Below, piece after piece: positions 33,883-43,003 of a stretch of 64,000 nt of DNA. Source of the stretch: a virus (lineage: Duplodnaviria > Caudoviricetes); the IMG/VR virus record IMGVR_UViG_3300037420_000828, positions 4,400 to 68,399 of that record. One strand, 5' to 3'. Below the pieces are notes generated by a model. The model saw nothing but the letters and a program-made list of their open reading frames with translations, ran no database searches and was not told the DNA's origin. Position numbers and translations under genes: made by a program. How positions within the stretch are numbered: position 1 is the first letter of the stretch; each line of letters starts with the position of its first letter.

Positions 33883-35708
33883 CCGCGACCATCGCCCTGC
33901 CGCCCCGGCCGGTGCCCGACGATTCGGTCTGGCACTCCACCTTCGCCGCCTGGTTCCACACCGGAGCCAACGCCCGGGAGCGTGCGGGCACGCTCCCGGC
34001 CGGGCTGGACGTGGCGATCGACATCGAGACTCCCTCGGTCACCGATTCGTTCTCGATCAAGTGCGTCACCGCCGCCTGGGTGGAGTCCGGCGCGACGCAG
34101 GCGGTGCTCCTGGACCCCCTGCGCAACCCGGCCGACGCCGAGGCGGTGCGCACCATCACCGCCCGCGCGGGCTGGCTGATCCTGCACAACTCCCCGTTCG
34201 ACACGCCCGGTCTCGTCGCGGCCGGGCTGCTGGAGCTGCGCGACATCGCCAAGATCATGGACACGCTGGTCCTGGCCCGCTCGGCGTGGCCGGACACCCT
34301 GGCGCGCAAGAGCCTGGAGGCGCTGGCCGATCGGCTGCTCGGCATCAAGGACCTGGGCGAAACGCTCAAGCTGGCGCAGAAAGCCTCGGGACTCACCAGC
34401 AACGAGAAGTGGTTCCGTGACGGCGACATCCACATGCCCATCTACCGGGCCGGAGCCATCGCCGACACCGTGGTCACGCTCCGGCTGGCGCACCCTCTGT
34501 TCGAGGCCGCCACTTCCCGCCAGCTGGATCACCCGTTCAGCAAGTACGGCTGCACCGACAGGTCCGACGCTGCGGCGCTGGTGCTGCGGGCGCAGGAGGC
34601 CAACCGGGTGATGCTGCGGCAGGCGGCGCGCGGCTACGACGTCGACCTGGATTATCTCGACGCCTACGTGGACAAGGTGGAGGCGCAGCGCGAGCAGGCC
34701 AAGCTCACCCTGGCCGAGGCCGGGCTGCGGCCGGGCGTGGGGATGGACGTGGTGAAGTACCTCGACTCGGCCGGGCACCTGCCTCCGGGCTGGCCCAAGA
34801 CCGACAAGGGCAACTTCAAGACCGACAAGGAGACGATGGAGGACTTCCTGCCGGAGCACCCGCTGGCGGACGCGCACCGGGTGATCTCCGACACCAAGAA
34901 GATCCTCGGCTACATGGAGAAGGCGGCGGCCCGCTCGCGCATCACCGGCCGCCTCCACCCGCAGTTCCAGATCCTCGGCGCGTCGGCGACCGGCCGCATG
35001 TCGGTCTCCGAGCCCGAACTCCAGCAGTTCTCCGAGGAAGCCCGGCCGATCATCCTGCCCCGCTCCCAGGGGATGCACTCCGTCGACTGGTCCTCGATCG
35101 AACCCGCGCTGCTGGGCTGGATGGCCCAGGACTGGGAGTTCATCACGCCCTTCGAACTCGGCGCGGACATCTACGAGCCGGTCCAGGTCTCCGCCGGATG
35201 CCCCCGCAAGACGGCGAAGGTGGTGGTGTTGGCGGGCATGTACGGCCAGGGCCGGGCGAAGCTGGCGCGCAGCCTCGCGACCACGATGGACGCCGCCACC
35301 CAGCTCCAGCGCCAGATGCGGACGGCGATGCCCAAGGCCAGCCGGTTCATGGGGCAGGTGAAGCAGGTCGGCGACGACTACGGACTCACCATCACCGCCG
35401 CCGGGCGTGTCCTCACCATCCCGCGCTTCAATGGAGTTCCGGCCGGATACAAGGCCGTCAACTACATGTTCCAGGGGTCGTGCGCGGACCTGATCTACGA
35501 CACGATTATCGCCGCCGAGGCGCAGGGCCTGGGCGACGCGATCATGCTGCCGATGCACGACGAGATCGTCTGTGACTCGGAGGCCGCCGACGACATCCAG
35601 CGGCTGATGAGCACCCCTCCGGAGTACCTGTTGCGGTGGACGGAAGGGCGCGCCCCGGTGATCCGGACCGACGCCCAGGGTCCGTTCCCGCACTGGGTGA
35701 AGTGTTGA
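33879..35708 (+). CDS. polA: DNA polymerase, family A, with 3'-5' exonuclease
   Basis: Exo DIET and HNSPFD; TGRMS, motif A DWSSIE, motif B RKTAKVVVLAGMYG, motif C MHDEIV. Confidence 0.93.
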   Translation: MTATIALPPRPVPDDSVWHSTFAAWFHTGANARERAGTLPAGLDVAIDIETPSVTDSFSIKCVTAAWVESGATQAVLLDPLRNPADAEAVRTITARAGWLILHNSPFDTPGLVAAGLLELRDIAKIMDTLVLARSAWPDTLARKSLEALADRLLGIKDLGETLKLAQKASGLTSNEKWFRDGDIHMPIYRAGAIADTVVTLRLAHPLFEAATSRQLDHPFSKYGCTDRSDAAALVLRAQEANRVMLRQAARGYDVDLDYLDAYVDKVEAQREQAKLTLAEAGLRPGVGMDVVKYLDSAGHLPPGWPKTDKGNFKTDKETMEDFLPEHPLADAHRVISDTKKILGYMEKAAARSRITGRLHPQFQILGASATGRMSVSEPELQQFSEEARPIILPRSQGMHSVDWSSIEPALLGWMAQDWEFITPFELGADIYEPVQVSAGCPRKTAKVVVLAGMYGQGRAKLARSLATTMDAATQLQRQMRTAMPKASRFMGQVKQVGDDYGLTITAAGRVLTIPRFNGVPAGYKAVNYMFQGSCADLIYDTIIAAEAQGLGDAIMLPMHDEIVCDSEAADDIQRLMSTPPEYLLRWTEGRAPVIRTDAQGPFPHWVKC

Positions 35709-35721
35709 GAAAGGGAAGGTC

Positions 35722-36081
35722 ATGAGGGGAAAGGCGAAGGCCGTGCTCACGTCCGGCCAGGTTCGGCAGCTGTATCAGCTCTACGAGGAAGGAGCCGAGG
35801 CGAAGGTGCTCGCCGAGCACTTCGGCACCACGCTGGCCAACGTCACCCGCATCGTGCGGGGCCAGATTTGGGCGGAGGTCACCGGCGGACGCAACATCTC
35901 CCGTCACGACTCGAAGGTCACCTTCCGCAAGGCGTACATCCAGGCCCGCTGGGATCAGGGCTGCCGCAGCCAGGCCGTCCTCGCCGACGAACTCGGCATC
36001 TCCCGCCAGGCCGTCAACCGGTTCATGATCCGGCACTCGCTGGGTCACCACGCGAAGCAGCAGAAAGCAGAGGTCGCCTGA
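35722..36081 (+). CDS. Double helix-turn-helix DNA-binding protein
   Basis: AKVLAEHFGTTLANVTRIVRGQIW and SQAVLADELGISRQAVNRF. Confidence 0.8.
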   Translation: MRGKAKAVLTSGQVRQLYQLYEEGAEAKVLAEHFGTTLANVTRIVRGQIWAEVTGGRNISRHDSKVTFRKAYIQARWDQGCRSQAVLADELGISRQAVNRFMIRHSLGHHAKQQKAEVA

Positions 36082-38552
36082 TGCTGGGTGGCGTTACCCC
36101 GATCACCACGGTCCTGGGCGCGGCTCCGGACCCCACCGCCGACACCGCCACGCTCAAGTCCTTCGCACGGGCGGCGGCGGGTGTGGGTCTCCACCTGCTG
36201 CTGATCGAGCCCGGCGGGAAGAAGCCCGTCGACATGCGCTCGCCGGTTCAGCGCCGGACCGAGGACGGCGCGGCCAAGGATGCCGCCCGCGCGGAGGGCC
36301 GGGCCAACTGGGACAAGGCGAAGTCGCTGGGCGGGGTGTACCTGGCCACGAACGACACCAAGCTGCTGGACCGCTACATCGAGCGCTACCGCAAGACCTA
36401 CGGTGACGACGTCGCGGTGAACTTCGGCATCGCCGTCGGCCCGAGCAAGCTGATCGTGGTGGACTGCGATACGCAGGCGCAGGTGGATGCGTTCCTGTCC
36501 GACTTCGGCGCGGACCCGAACACCTCGCCCACGGTCCGTTCCCCCGGCCAGCGCGACGAGGCGGGCAACTGGGCGCACAGCAATGGCGGGCACTTCTACT
36601 TCACCGTGGACTCGATCCAGCCCGAGACCTCCGGGTCGCTCACCGGCCCCGGCGGGTACGCGGTCCTGTGGGCCAACCGGTACGTGCTGATCCCTCCGAG
36701 CGTCCGGGCCGAGGGTGCCTACACGCTCGTGGGCCAGGACTTCCCGGCCCCGGAGCGGCTGATCACCGCAGTCCACAATGCCGCCTTCGCCAAGCTCCAG
36801 GCCCGCGCCAGCGCCGAGGTGAACGCGGACGTGGCGACGGCGGTGGACACCTGGGCCGAGGGAGTGACCTGGGCGGAGATCCTGGCCCCGGCGGGCTGGA
36901 CGCTGCACGCGCGGCAGGACAACTGCGGCTGTGACATCTGGACCGCTCCGGGTGACCATGCGTCCCCGAAGTCGGCAACCGCACACGATACCGCATGTTC
37001 GCTGGGCCGCTATACGACTGAAAACGCTCCCCTTCACATCTGGACCGACAACCCCGGCCCGGAGCTGGAGGCGTGGATCGCCGAGCGCGGGACCAAGACC
37101 CTGTCCCGGCTCCAGGCCGTCGCGGCGCTGGAGTACGGCGGCAAGGTCGGCGACGCGATGCGGGACCTGAGCGTGATGCCGGACGAATCCGGCGCGCTGG
37201 GGTTCGGCAAGGATCTGGCGCACGAGATCGGCGCTCCGAGCACGAACCTGGACCAGCCGCTGGAGTTCGACCCGCAGATCCAGACAGCCGGAGCCGGAAC
37301 GATCGGACTCGGCCCGTTGGAACCGGAAGAGGTTGACGAATCCATTCGTGAGAACGTCAACCCCCCCGGCGATTTGTTCGCGATAGCTGGACATTTGCCG
37401 ACGGAGGAGGAAACTACCGAAGCAGCGGCTCCGGCCGCCGCCGAGGAAGAACAGCTGACCGGGGTGCCGAATATCATGCCGTTCTCACACTGGCGGGAAT
37501 TCCCCGCGCCGGAGTTCGTCATCGACGGACTCTTGGAGCACCGCGCCCTCACGGCAGTGATCGGAGCACCCGGCGTCGGCAAGTCAGGGGCGGTGTTGGA
37601 CATGGCCGCCTCGATTGCTCTGGGGAAGCGCTGGATGGGCCGGAGCGTGCTCCGCCAGCGCGTGCTCTACCTCCCCGGCGAGGGGTTGTCCGGCGCGGTC
37701 CAGCGGCTGCTGGCCTGGGAATCCGCGCACGACCTGGACGTGGGCGAGGACCTGCTGGTCGGCGACTCGATCATCCAGGTCGCCGCCAGCCCGCAGGCGT
37801 GGGGCGCGGTGATCCAGAAGATGCTGGAGTTCAACGTAGGCCTGACGATCATCGACACCTTTGCCCGCGCCAGCGTGGGGCTGGAGGAGAACTCCGCCAC
37901 CGACGTCGGCAAGGCCATCGCCCGCTTCGACCAGGTCCGCAAGGCCACCGGCTCGGGGCTGATGGTGGTGCATCACACGAACAAGGCCGGAGCCTCCGGG
38001 CGCGGCTCGTCGGCGCTCAACGGCGCACTCGACACCGAGCTGATGATCGAGGACGGGGACTGGTGGGACAACGCCGAGGGTCCGTGCCCCGGCCGCCCGC
38101 TGAGCCTGCGGGTGACCAAGCAGAAGAACGCCGCCGCGCCGGAGAACCCGATCCAGATGCTGGCGACGCCCTTCGGCAATAGCTTCATCATGACCGGCCC
38201 GTCGGGGCTGGTGGACGATCCGCTGGACGCGGTCGCGGCACCGCGCGCCATCATCCCCGAGACCGTGGTGAGCGTGGCGATCCGCTGCCAGGAGTTCGCC
38301 TCGCGGTTCCGGGGCCAGGGCATCACGCGCGGTGAGCTGGCCTATGGGGTGCCGATGGACGACTACACCAATCAGCGCCGGGACGCGAAGACCGCGTGGA
38401 AGCTGAAGGTGGCCGAGGCCATCGACCTCGGGATTCGCTACAACCTGCTGGAGACGTTCACCGGCCAGGCCACCGGCGCGCGCTACATCGACGGCCCGTG
38501 TTCGCCGGATGCGGCCCGGGAGCGCTGGGCCAAGGAAGCGCTGGCGGATTAG
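36081..38552 (+). CDS. Bifunctional primase-polymerase / AAA helicase
   Basis: PGGKKP, LIVVDCD, GGHFYF prim-pol motifs; GAPGVGKS Walker A, IIDTFAR Walker B, VHHTNK...GRGSSAL. Confidence 0.9.
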   Translation: MLGGVTPITTVLGAAPDPTADTATLKSFARAAAGVGLHLLLIEPGGKKPVDMRSPVQRRTEDGAAKDAARAEGRANWDKAKSLGGVYLATNDTKLLDRYIERYRKTYGDDVAVNFGIAVGPSKLIVVDCDTQAQVDAFLSDFGADPNTSPTVRSPGQRDEAGNWAHSNGGHFYFTVDSIQPETSGSLTGPGGYAVLWANRYVLIPPSVRAEGAYTLVGQDFPAPERLITAVHNAAFAKLQARASAEVNADVATAVDTWAEGVTWAEILAPAGWTLHARQDNCGCDIWTAPGDHASPKSATAHDTACSLGRYTTENAPLHIWTDNPGPELEAWIAERGTKTLSRLQAVAALEYGGKVGDAMRDLSVMPDESGALGFGKDLAHEIGAPSTNLDQPLEFDPQIQTAGAGTIGLGPLEPEEVDESIRENVNPPGDLFAIAGHLPTEEETTEAAAPAAAEEEQLTGVPNIMPFSHWREFPAPEFVIDGLLEHRALTAVIGAPGVGKSGAVLDMAASIALGKRWMGRSVLRQRVLYLPGEGLSGAVQRLLAWESAHDLDVGEDLLVGDSIIQVAASPQAWGAVIQKMLEFNVGLTIIDTFARASVGLEENSATDVGKAIARFDQVRKATGSGLMVVHHTNKAGASGRGSSALNGALDTELMIEDGDWWDNAEGPCPGRPLSLRVTKQKNAAAPENPIQMLATPFGNSFIMTGPSGLVDDPLDAVAAPRAIIPETVVSVAIRCQEFASRFRGQGITRGELAYGVPMDDYTNQRRDAKTAWKLKVAEAIDLGIRYNLLETFTGQATGARYIDGPCSPDAARERWAKEALAD

Positions 38553-38581
38553 CCACCGGAACTGGCCGTTTGTAAACGGGT

Positions 38582-38610
38582 TGCACAAAGCACGGAACAC
38601 GTGTTAGGTT
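38582..38610 (+). promoter_or_regulatory. Promoter with palindromic operator
   Basis: TGCACA-AA-GCACG-GAACA-CGTGT-TAGGTT. Confidence 0.75.
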
Positions 38611-38689
38611 GGATGGCGTTGGACGGGCCGGACTCCCCGGCCCGCCCGGCGCGTCAACCCCACCTCCACCACGAGAGGCAGCAACCCCT

Positions 38690-39565
38690 ATGCAGGGATT
38701 CATCGACGGCGCGACCCTGGAGCTGAAGGCTCCGGCGGACACGCCGATCATCAAGGCCATCGTCAGCCCGCAGACCGCTGAACGCTGGCTGGCCACGCAG
38801 GTCATCAACCGCAACATCCAGCGGGTCTCCATGCTCACCTATCGGGCGGACATGGTGGCCGGGCGCTGGGTCTACACCGCCGACCCGATCCGCTTCGACG
38901 CCGACGGCCACCTCATCGACGGCCAGAACAGGCTCGAAGCTCTGCGCGGCATCACCACCCGCAACTTCATGATTCCGTTCGCGGTCGCCCGGGGGCTGGA
39001 CCCGGAGAGCCAGATGTTCATGGACCAGGGCGCGCGGCGTACCGCCGGGCAGCAGCTGGGTCTCAAGGGCATCGCCTCCGGCTCGGCCATCGCGGCGGGC
39101 ATCAAGCTCGCCATGGTCTGGGAGCGCGGTCAGCTGTTCTCCGATCGCTGGGGCGCGGCCAACCCGGTCACCCACTCCGAGGTGATCGAGTGGGCGCAGG
39201 CCAACCCCGAGATCGTCACCGCCTGCCAGCGGCTCCTGACCCGGCTCCGCCAGATCGGGCTGCGCCCCAGCTCCGGGCTGGCGTTCGTGGTGCGGCTGGC
39301 CCCGACGCTGGCCGAGGAGCTGGAGCTGTTCATCAACGAGATGCACACCCTGGCCAACCTCCCGGCCGGGAGCCCGACGCTGGCGTTCGCCAAGCGGCTG
39401 GCCCGCACCCGCGCCGAGGCCAATCTCCACCTGTCCGACGTCGACCAGCTGGGATTCCTGATCCGGACGTGGAACGCCTGGGTCAACGGCTCCACCCGGC
39501 TCAAGCTCCAGCTCCCCTCGGGCGGCTGGAACCCCGAGAACTTCCCCACCGTGGAGGGTCTGTGA
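38690..39565 (+). CDS. ParB/Srx-fold protein (DGQNRL type)
   Basis: AERWL...NRNI, PIRFD.DG.LIDGQNRLEA, MDQGARRTAG motifs. Confidence 0.7.
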   Translation: MQGFIDGATLELKAPADTPIIKAIVSPQTAERWLATQVINRNIQRVSMLTYRADMVAGRWVYTADPIRFDADGHLIDGQNRLEALRGITTRNFMIPFAVARGLDPESQMFMDQGARRTAGQQLGLKGIASGSAIAAGIKLAMVWERGQLFSDRWGAANPVTHSEVIEWAQANPEIVTACQRLLTRLRQIGLRPSSGLAFVVRLAPTLAEELELFINEMHTLANLPAGSPTLAFAKRLARTRAEANLHLSDVDQLGFLIRTWNAWVNGSTRLKLQLPSGGWNPENFPTVEGL

Positions 39566-39807
39566 TGTACAAGCGCCGCAGCTACTACACCGAGGAATTC
39601 GCCATCCCGATCGCCGAGGGCCGCAACGCCCTGGACGTCCTGATGGCCCCGGTGCTCGCGGTCAAGGAACTCTGCGATCGCCATTCGCTGAATCCGGAGG
39701 ATCTGGAGACGGCGCACTGGAGCGTGGAGAGCTGGCCGGAATCCAGCGATCCCGAGCACCTGGTCGTCCGGATTCAGTGGGAGAAGCCCATCTTCCGGGA
39801 TGGATAG
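39565..39807 (+). CDS. Hypothetical protein
   Basis: TGATG coupling; 80 aa. Confidence 0.6.
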   Translation: MYKRRSYYTEEFAIPIAEGRNALDVLMAPVLAVKELCDRHSLNPEDLETAHWSVESWPESSDPEHLVVRIQWEKPIFRDG

Positions 39808-39833
39808 ACAACGCACGTAACCCGTGCTAGAGT
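39805..39833 (+). promoter_or_regulatory. Promoter with palindromic operator
   Basis: TAGACA-AC-GCACG-TAACC-CGTGC-TAGAGT. Confidence 0.75.
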
Positions 39834-39881
39834 GGGGGAGTCTCACCGCTCCCCCACTCCCCCGCCACCGAGGAGATTCCC

Positions 39882-40205
39882 ATGACCCCCACCGACGGCC
39901 CCCGGTATGTCCCGGGCGTGCCCGAGATCATCGTTCCGCTGGATCTGGAACGGATGCCGATCACTCCCGCCCGATTCGCTGTGAACGATCTCATCGCCGA
40001 CCGCGCTCAGATCACGTTCGAAGTGATCGACGGAGCCCCGGTCTTCCTGCGCATCGAGCTGTACGGGCGGATTCCGCTCAAGACCGGAGGGCCCAGCAAG
40101 CGCCCTCAGTCCGACGGGTACTGGTCCTTCGACCGCGACATGCCCGAGGCCATCCAGTCCGTGGTCGCCTTCGCCACCGATCACGTGAGGGAGATGCTGA
40201 AGTGA
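39882..40205 (+). CDS. Hypothetical protein
   Basis: RBS GAGGAG; 107 aa. Confidence 0.65.
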   Translation: MTPTDGPRYVPGVPEIIVPLDLERMPITPARFAVNDLIADRAQITFEVIDGAPVFLRIELYGRIPLKTGGPSKRPQSDGYWSFDRDMPEAIQSVVAFATDHVREMLK

Positions 40206-41830
40206 CCACGCCCCGCGAACTGCGCCCCTACCAGCGCGAGGCCGTTGACGCGGTCCTGCGCCAGTGGGGCAACGAAACCCGGCGCACCGCCGTGGTGCTG
40301 CCCACGGGCACCGGCAAGTCCACCGTCATCGCCAAGCTGGCCGTCACCGCTGGGGAGATGGGCCTGCGGGTGGCCATGCTCGCCCACCGGGGCGAGCTGC
40401 TGGACCAGATGGCCGCGACTGTCGGCGCGGTGGACCCTTACGCTCCGCCGGTCGGCATCTGCCGCGCCGAGCAGGACGCCCCGCACCACCAGATCGTCGC
40501 CGCCAGTTTCCAGACCCTGGCCAACTCCGACCGCCACGCCGCTCTCGGTCGCCGGGACGTGCTGTTGGTGGACGAGACCCACCACGTCACCGCCGACAGC
40601 TACCGGCGCGTGGTGGAGGACTTCGGCCCGAACGCCTTCATGTGTGGCTTCACCGCCACCCTCCGCCGGGAGGACGGCAAGGCCCTGCGGGAGCTGATCC
40701 ACTCCATTGCCTTCGAGCGCAACCTGCGCTGGGCGCTGGGGGAGGGCCACCTGGTCCGGCCCAAGGGCATCACCGTCAAGATCCCCGACCTGGACCTGGG
40801 CAAGGTCAAGACCACCGCCGGAGACTTCCAGAACCGCGACCTCGCCGAGGTCATGGAGGCGGAGACTCCGGAAATCGTGAAGGCGGTGCTCAAGCACACC
40901 TCCGACCGCCGCCCGATCATCTTCGCCGCCTCGGTGATGGCGGCGCACGACATCGCCGCGATGCTCGTGGACCACGGGATGCAGGCCGAGGCGGTGACCG
41001 GCGAGATGGGCTACGACCTGCGCCAGGGCATCTACCGCCGCTACCGCGACGGTTCGACGCAGGCCCTGGTGACGGTGATGGTGCTGACCGAGGGCGCGGA
41101 CTTCCCGATGTGCGACGCCGTGGTGATCGCACGGCCCACCCAGAGCCAGAACCTCTACAGCCAGATGGTCGGCCGTGCGCTGCGGCTCTACCCCGGCAAG
41201 CAGGACGCGCTGGTGGTGGACCTGGTCGGCACCTCCCGCGTGCTCAAGCTGGTCACGGTGTCCAACCTGGACGCCGGAGTCACACCGAAGGTGGTCGACC
41301 CGGACGGCAATGATCTGCCGCCCGACGAAGACGACGAGGTGGACGGCGGGCTGATCGCGCCGACCGCGCGCCAGCGCCGCATGGGTCCGATCGAGACCAT
41401 CGGCATCGACCTGCTCGGCCCGGACGAGACCAACGTGCTCTGGCTGACCACGGTGAAGGGCGTGCCCTTCGTCGCGCCGCAGGAGAGCGACTTCGCCTGG
41501 TTCCTGTGGGAGGTCGGATACGACGAGAACGAGCCGCTGTACCGGGTCGGCCGGATGCCGATCAAGGGTCGCGAGGGCGGAGGCTGGCTGACCGACGACC
41601 CGCTGCCGCTCACGCTGGCCGTCGCCTTCACCGAGGACGACATCATGTCCTCCGGCTACGGGATGCCGGTGCGCTCGGCCAGCTGGCGCAAGTACCAGCC
41701 GCCCTCGGAGGCGCAGCTCCGCTACGCCCGGGGCCTGGGCATCATCAACCCCGAGGACATGACCAAGGCGCGCCTGAGCGACGAGATCAACATCGCCCTG
41801 GTGAGCCGCCGTCTGGACGGGAGCCGGTGA
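40202..41830 (+). CDS. Superfamily 2 (DEAD/DEAH-like) DNA helicase
   Basis: LRPYQREA, LPTGTGKS, LVDETHH, GFTAT, LTEGADFP, QMVGRALR. Confidence 0.92.
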   Translation: MTTPRELRPYQREAVDAVLRQWGNETRRTAVVLPTGTGKSTVIAKLAVTAGEMGLRVAMLAHRGELLDQMAATVGAVDPYAPPVGICRAEQDAPHHQIVAASFQTLANSDRHAALGRRDVLLVDETHHVTADSYRRVVEDFGPNAFMCGFTATLRREDGKALRELIHSIAFERNLRWALGEGHLVRPKGITVKIPDLDLGKVKTTAGDFQNRDLAEVMEAETPEIVKAVLKHTSDRRPIIFAASVMAAHDIAAMLVDHGMQAEAVTGEMGYDLRQGIYRRYRDGSTQALVTVMVLTEGADFPMCDAVVIARPTQSQNLYSQMVGRALRLYPGKQDALVVDLVGTSRVLKLVTVSNLDAGVTPKVVDPDGNDLPPDEDDEVDGGLIAPTARQRRMGPIETIGIDLLGPDETNVLWLTTVKGVPFVAPQESDFAWFLWEVGYDENEPLYRVGRMPIKGREGGGWLTDDPLPLTLAVAFTEDDIMSSGYGMPVRSASWRKYQPPSEAQLRYARGLGIINPEDMTKARLSDEINIALVSRRLDGSR

Positions 41831-42051
41831 TGAAGGGCCACACCATGAGCAACGGGGCCGTGGTCCTGGAGACGGGGAAGTGCACGTGCGCCTACCCGGA
41901 CTGTGGGGGCTACTCCATGCACGAACCTCACTGTGGCCTGGAACTTGTGGGCTGGCTGCCGGGCGAGGCGTCGCACAACCTGCCCGGCACCTTCGATGAC
42001 GAGCCCACCCTGCTCCCCGCCATGCTCTGGGACTTTGGGGGTTCGTTGTGA
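41830..42051 (+). CDS. Small Cys-containing hypothetical protein
   Basis: CTC...C...HEPHCG. Confidence 0.5.
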   Translation: MKGHTMSNGAVVLETGKCTCAYPDCGGYSMHEPHCGLELVGWLPGEASHNLPGTFDDEPTLLPAMLWDFGGSL

Positions 42052-42227
42052 AGCTCGCAGCCCTGTACGACAAGCTCGGCCCCTACATCTGCCGTCGCTC
42101 CGGCCACCGCTGGATCGACACGAGGGTCCGCGACCCGCACACCGGCGAAGCGATCACCGTGGGGCGCATCTGCCCCCGGTGCCGCCGGGCCAACGTGCTC
42201 GATCCCCGGAACATGGAGGTGAACTGA
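42048..42227 (+). CDS. Small hypothetical protein (C...GH.W...C.RC)
   Basis: GTGA coupling; absent from the ORF track. Confidence 0.5.
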   Translation: MKLAALYDKLGPYICRRSGHRWIDTRVRDPHTGEAITVGRICPRCRRANVLDPRNMEVN

Positions 42228-42229
42228 CG

Positions 42230-42430
42230 ATGATGAAGCGCGAGACCCTGGAGGACTGGCGGCGGGTGGTGAGCAAGTTCGACCGCTACACCACCGTGGA
42301 GCCCCAGCGCCAGCTCATCGACTCCCACCTGGAGGCCCTGGATGAGATCGACCGGCTCAACCGTGAGCTGGCCAAGGCGGAGGAGTCCCCCATGCACCCG
42401 CTGGACTATGAGGGTGAGGACTTCGTATGA
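42230..42430 (+). CDS. Hypothetical protein
   Basis: RBS GGAGG; coiled-coil-like. Confidence 0.55.
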   Translation: MMKRETLEDWRRVVSKFDRYTTVEPQRQLIDSHLEALDEIDRLNRELAKAEESPMHPLDYEGEDFV

Positions 42431-42609
42431 GCGCGGACACCCCCGAGGGCCGGGCGGCCGAGGAAGAGGCGGCCCTAGTTGCGATCGAAGGCGTGCTCAG
42501 TGAGTACCTGCCGAACATGTTCGCCCACCACCTCCGGGAGGCGGCGCAGGAGGTGCTGGCGGCCCTGCCGCCGAGCTGCGACTTCGATTGCGACGCCTGC
42601 CGTGAGTGA
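42427..42609 (+). CDS. Hypothetical protein
   Basis: ATGA coupling; 60 aa. Confidence 0.5.
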   Translation: MSADTPEGRAAEEEAALVAIEGVLSEYLPNMFAHHLREAAQEVLAALPPSCDFDCDACRE

Positions 42610-43003
42610 CGAGCACCCCGCCTACACCGCCGACCCGGCCCTCGCGTGCTCCGCGACGGCGTGGGGCGGCAACCATACCTGCCAGTGCGTCTACCGCAAG
42701 GCCGTGTGCGATGGCCTGGACCATCTGTGCATGTGCGGCAGCGAATGGCGGACCGCCACCGGGGCCTACACCCGGTGCCACTGCAACCACGAGAGGAAGA
42801 CCATGGCCACACCGGTAGGCATCAGCATCTCCGCCCACCAGGGCGAATTCAACGTCAGCGTCACCATCAGCGCCGACGCCTCCATCACCCCGAGCAGCGT
42901 GCTCGCGGTTCAGCTCCAGCGCGCCGCCAAGGCGATGGCGGTGCTGATCACCCCGGCCGAAGAGTCCGGCCACCTGGAGGGTTACGAAGGCCCGGACTTC
43001 TGA
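42602..43003 (+). CDS. Hypothetical protein (Cys-rich N-half; alternative start at 42803)
   Basis: Open frame to the TGA at 43001-43003; internal RBS GAGAGG before MATPVG. Confidence 0.45.
   Translation: MSDEHPAYTADPALACSATAWGGNHTCQCVYRKAVCDGLDHLCMCGSEWRTATGAYTRCHCNHERKTMATPVGISISAHQGEFNVSVTISADASITPSSVLAVQLQRAAKAMAVLITPAEESGHLEGYEGPDF

Noticed and set aside
33696-35750. 684-aa minus-strand ORF
   Set aside because: Shadow of DNA polymerase; no RBS or motifs
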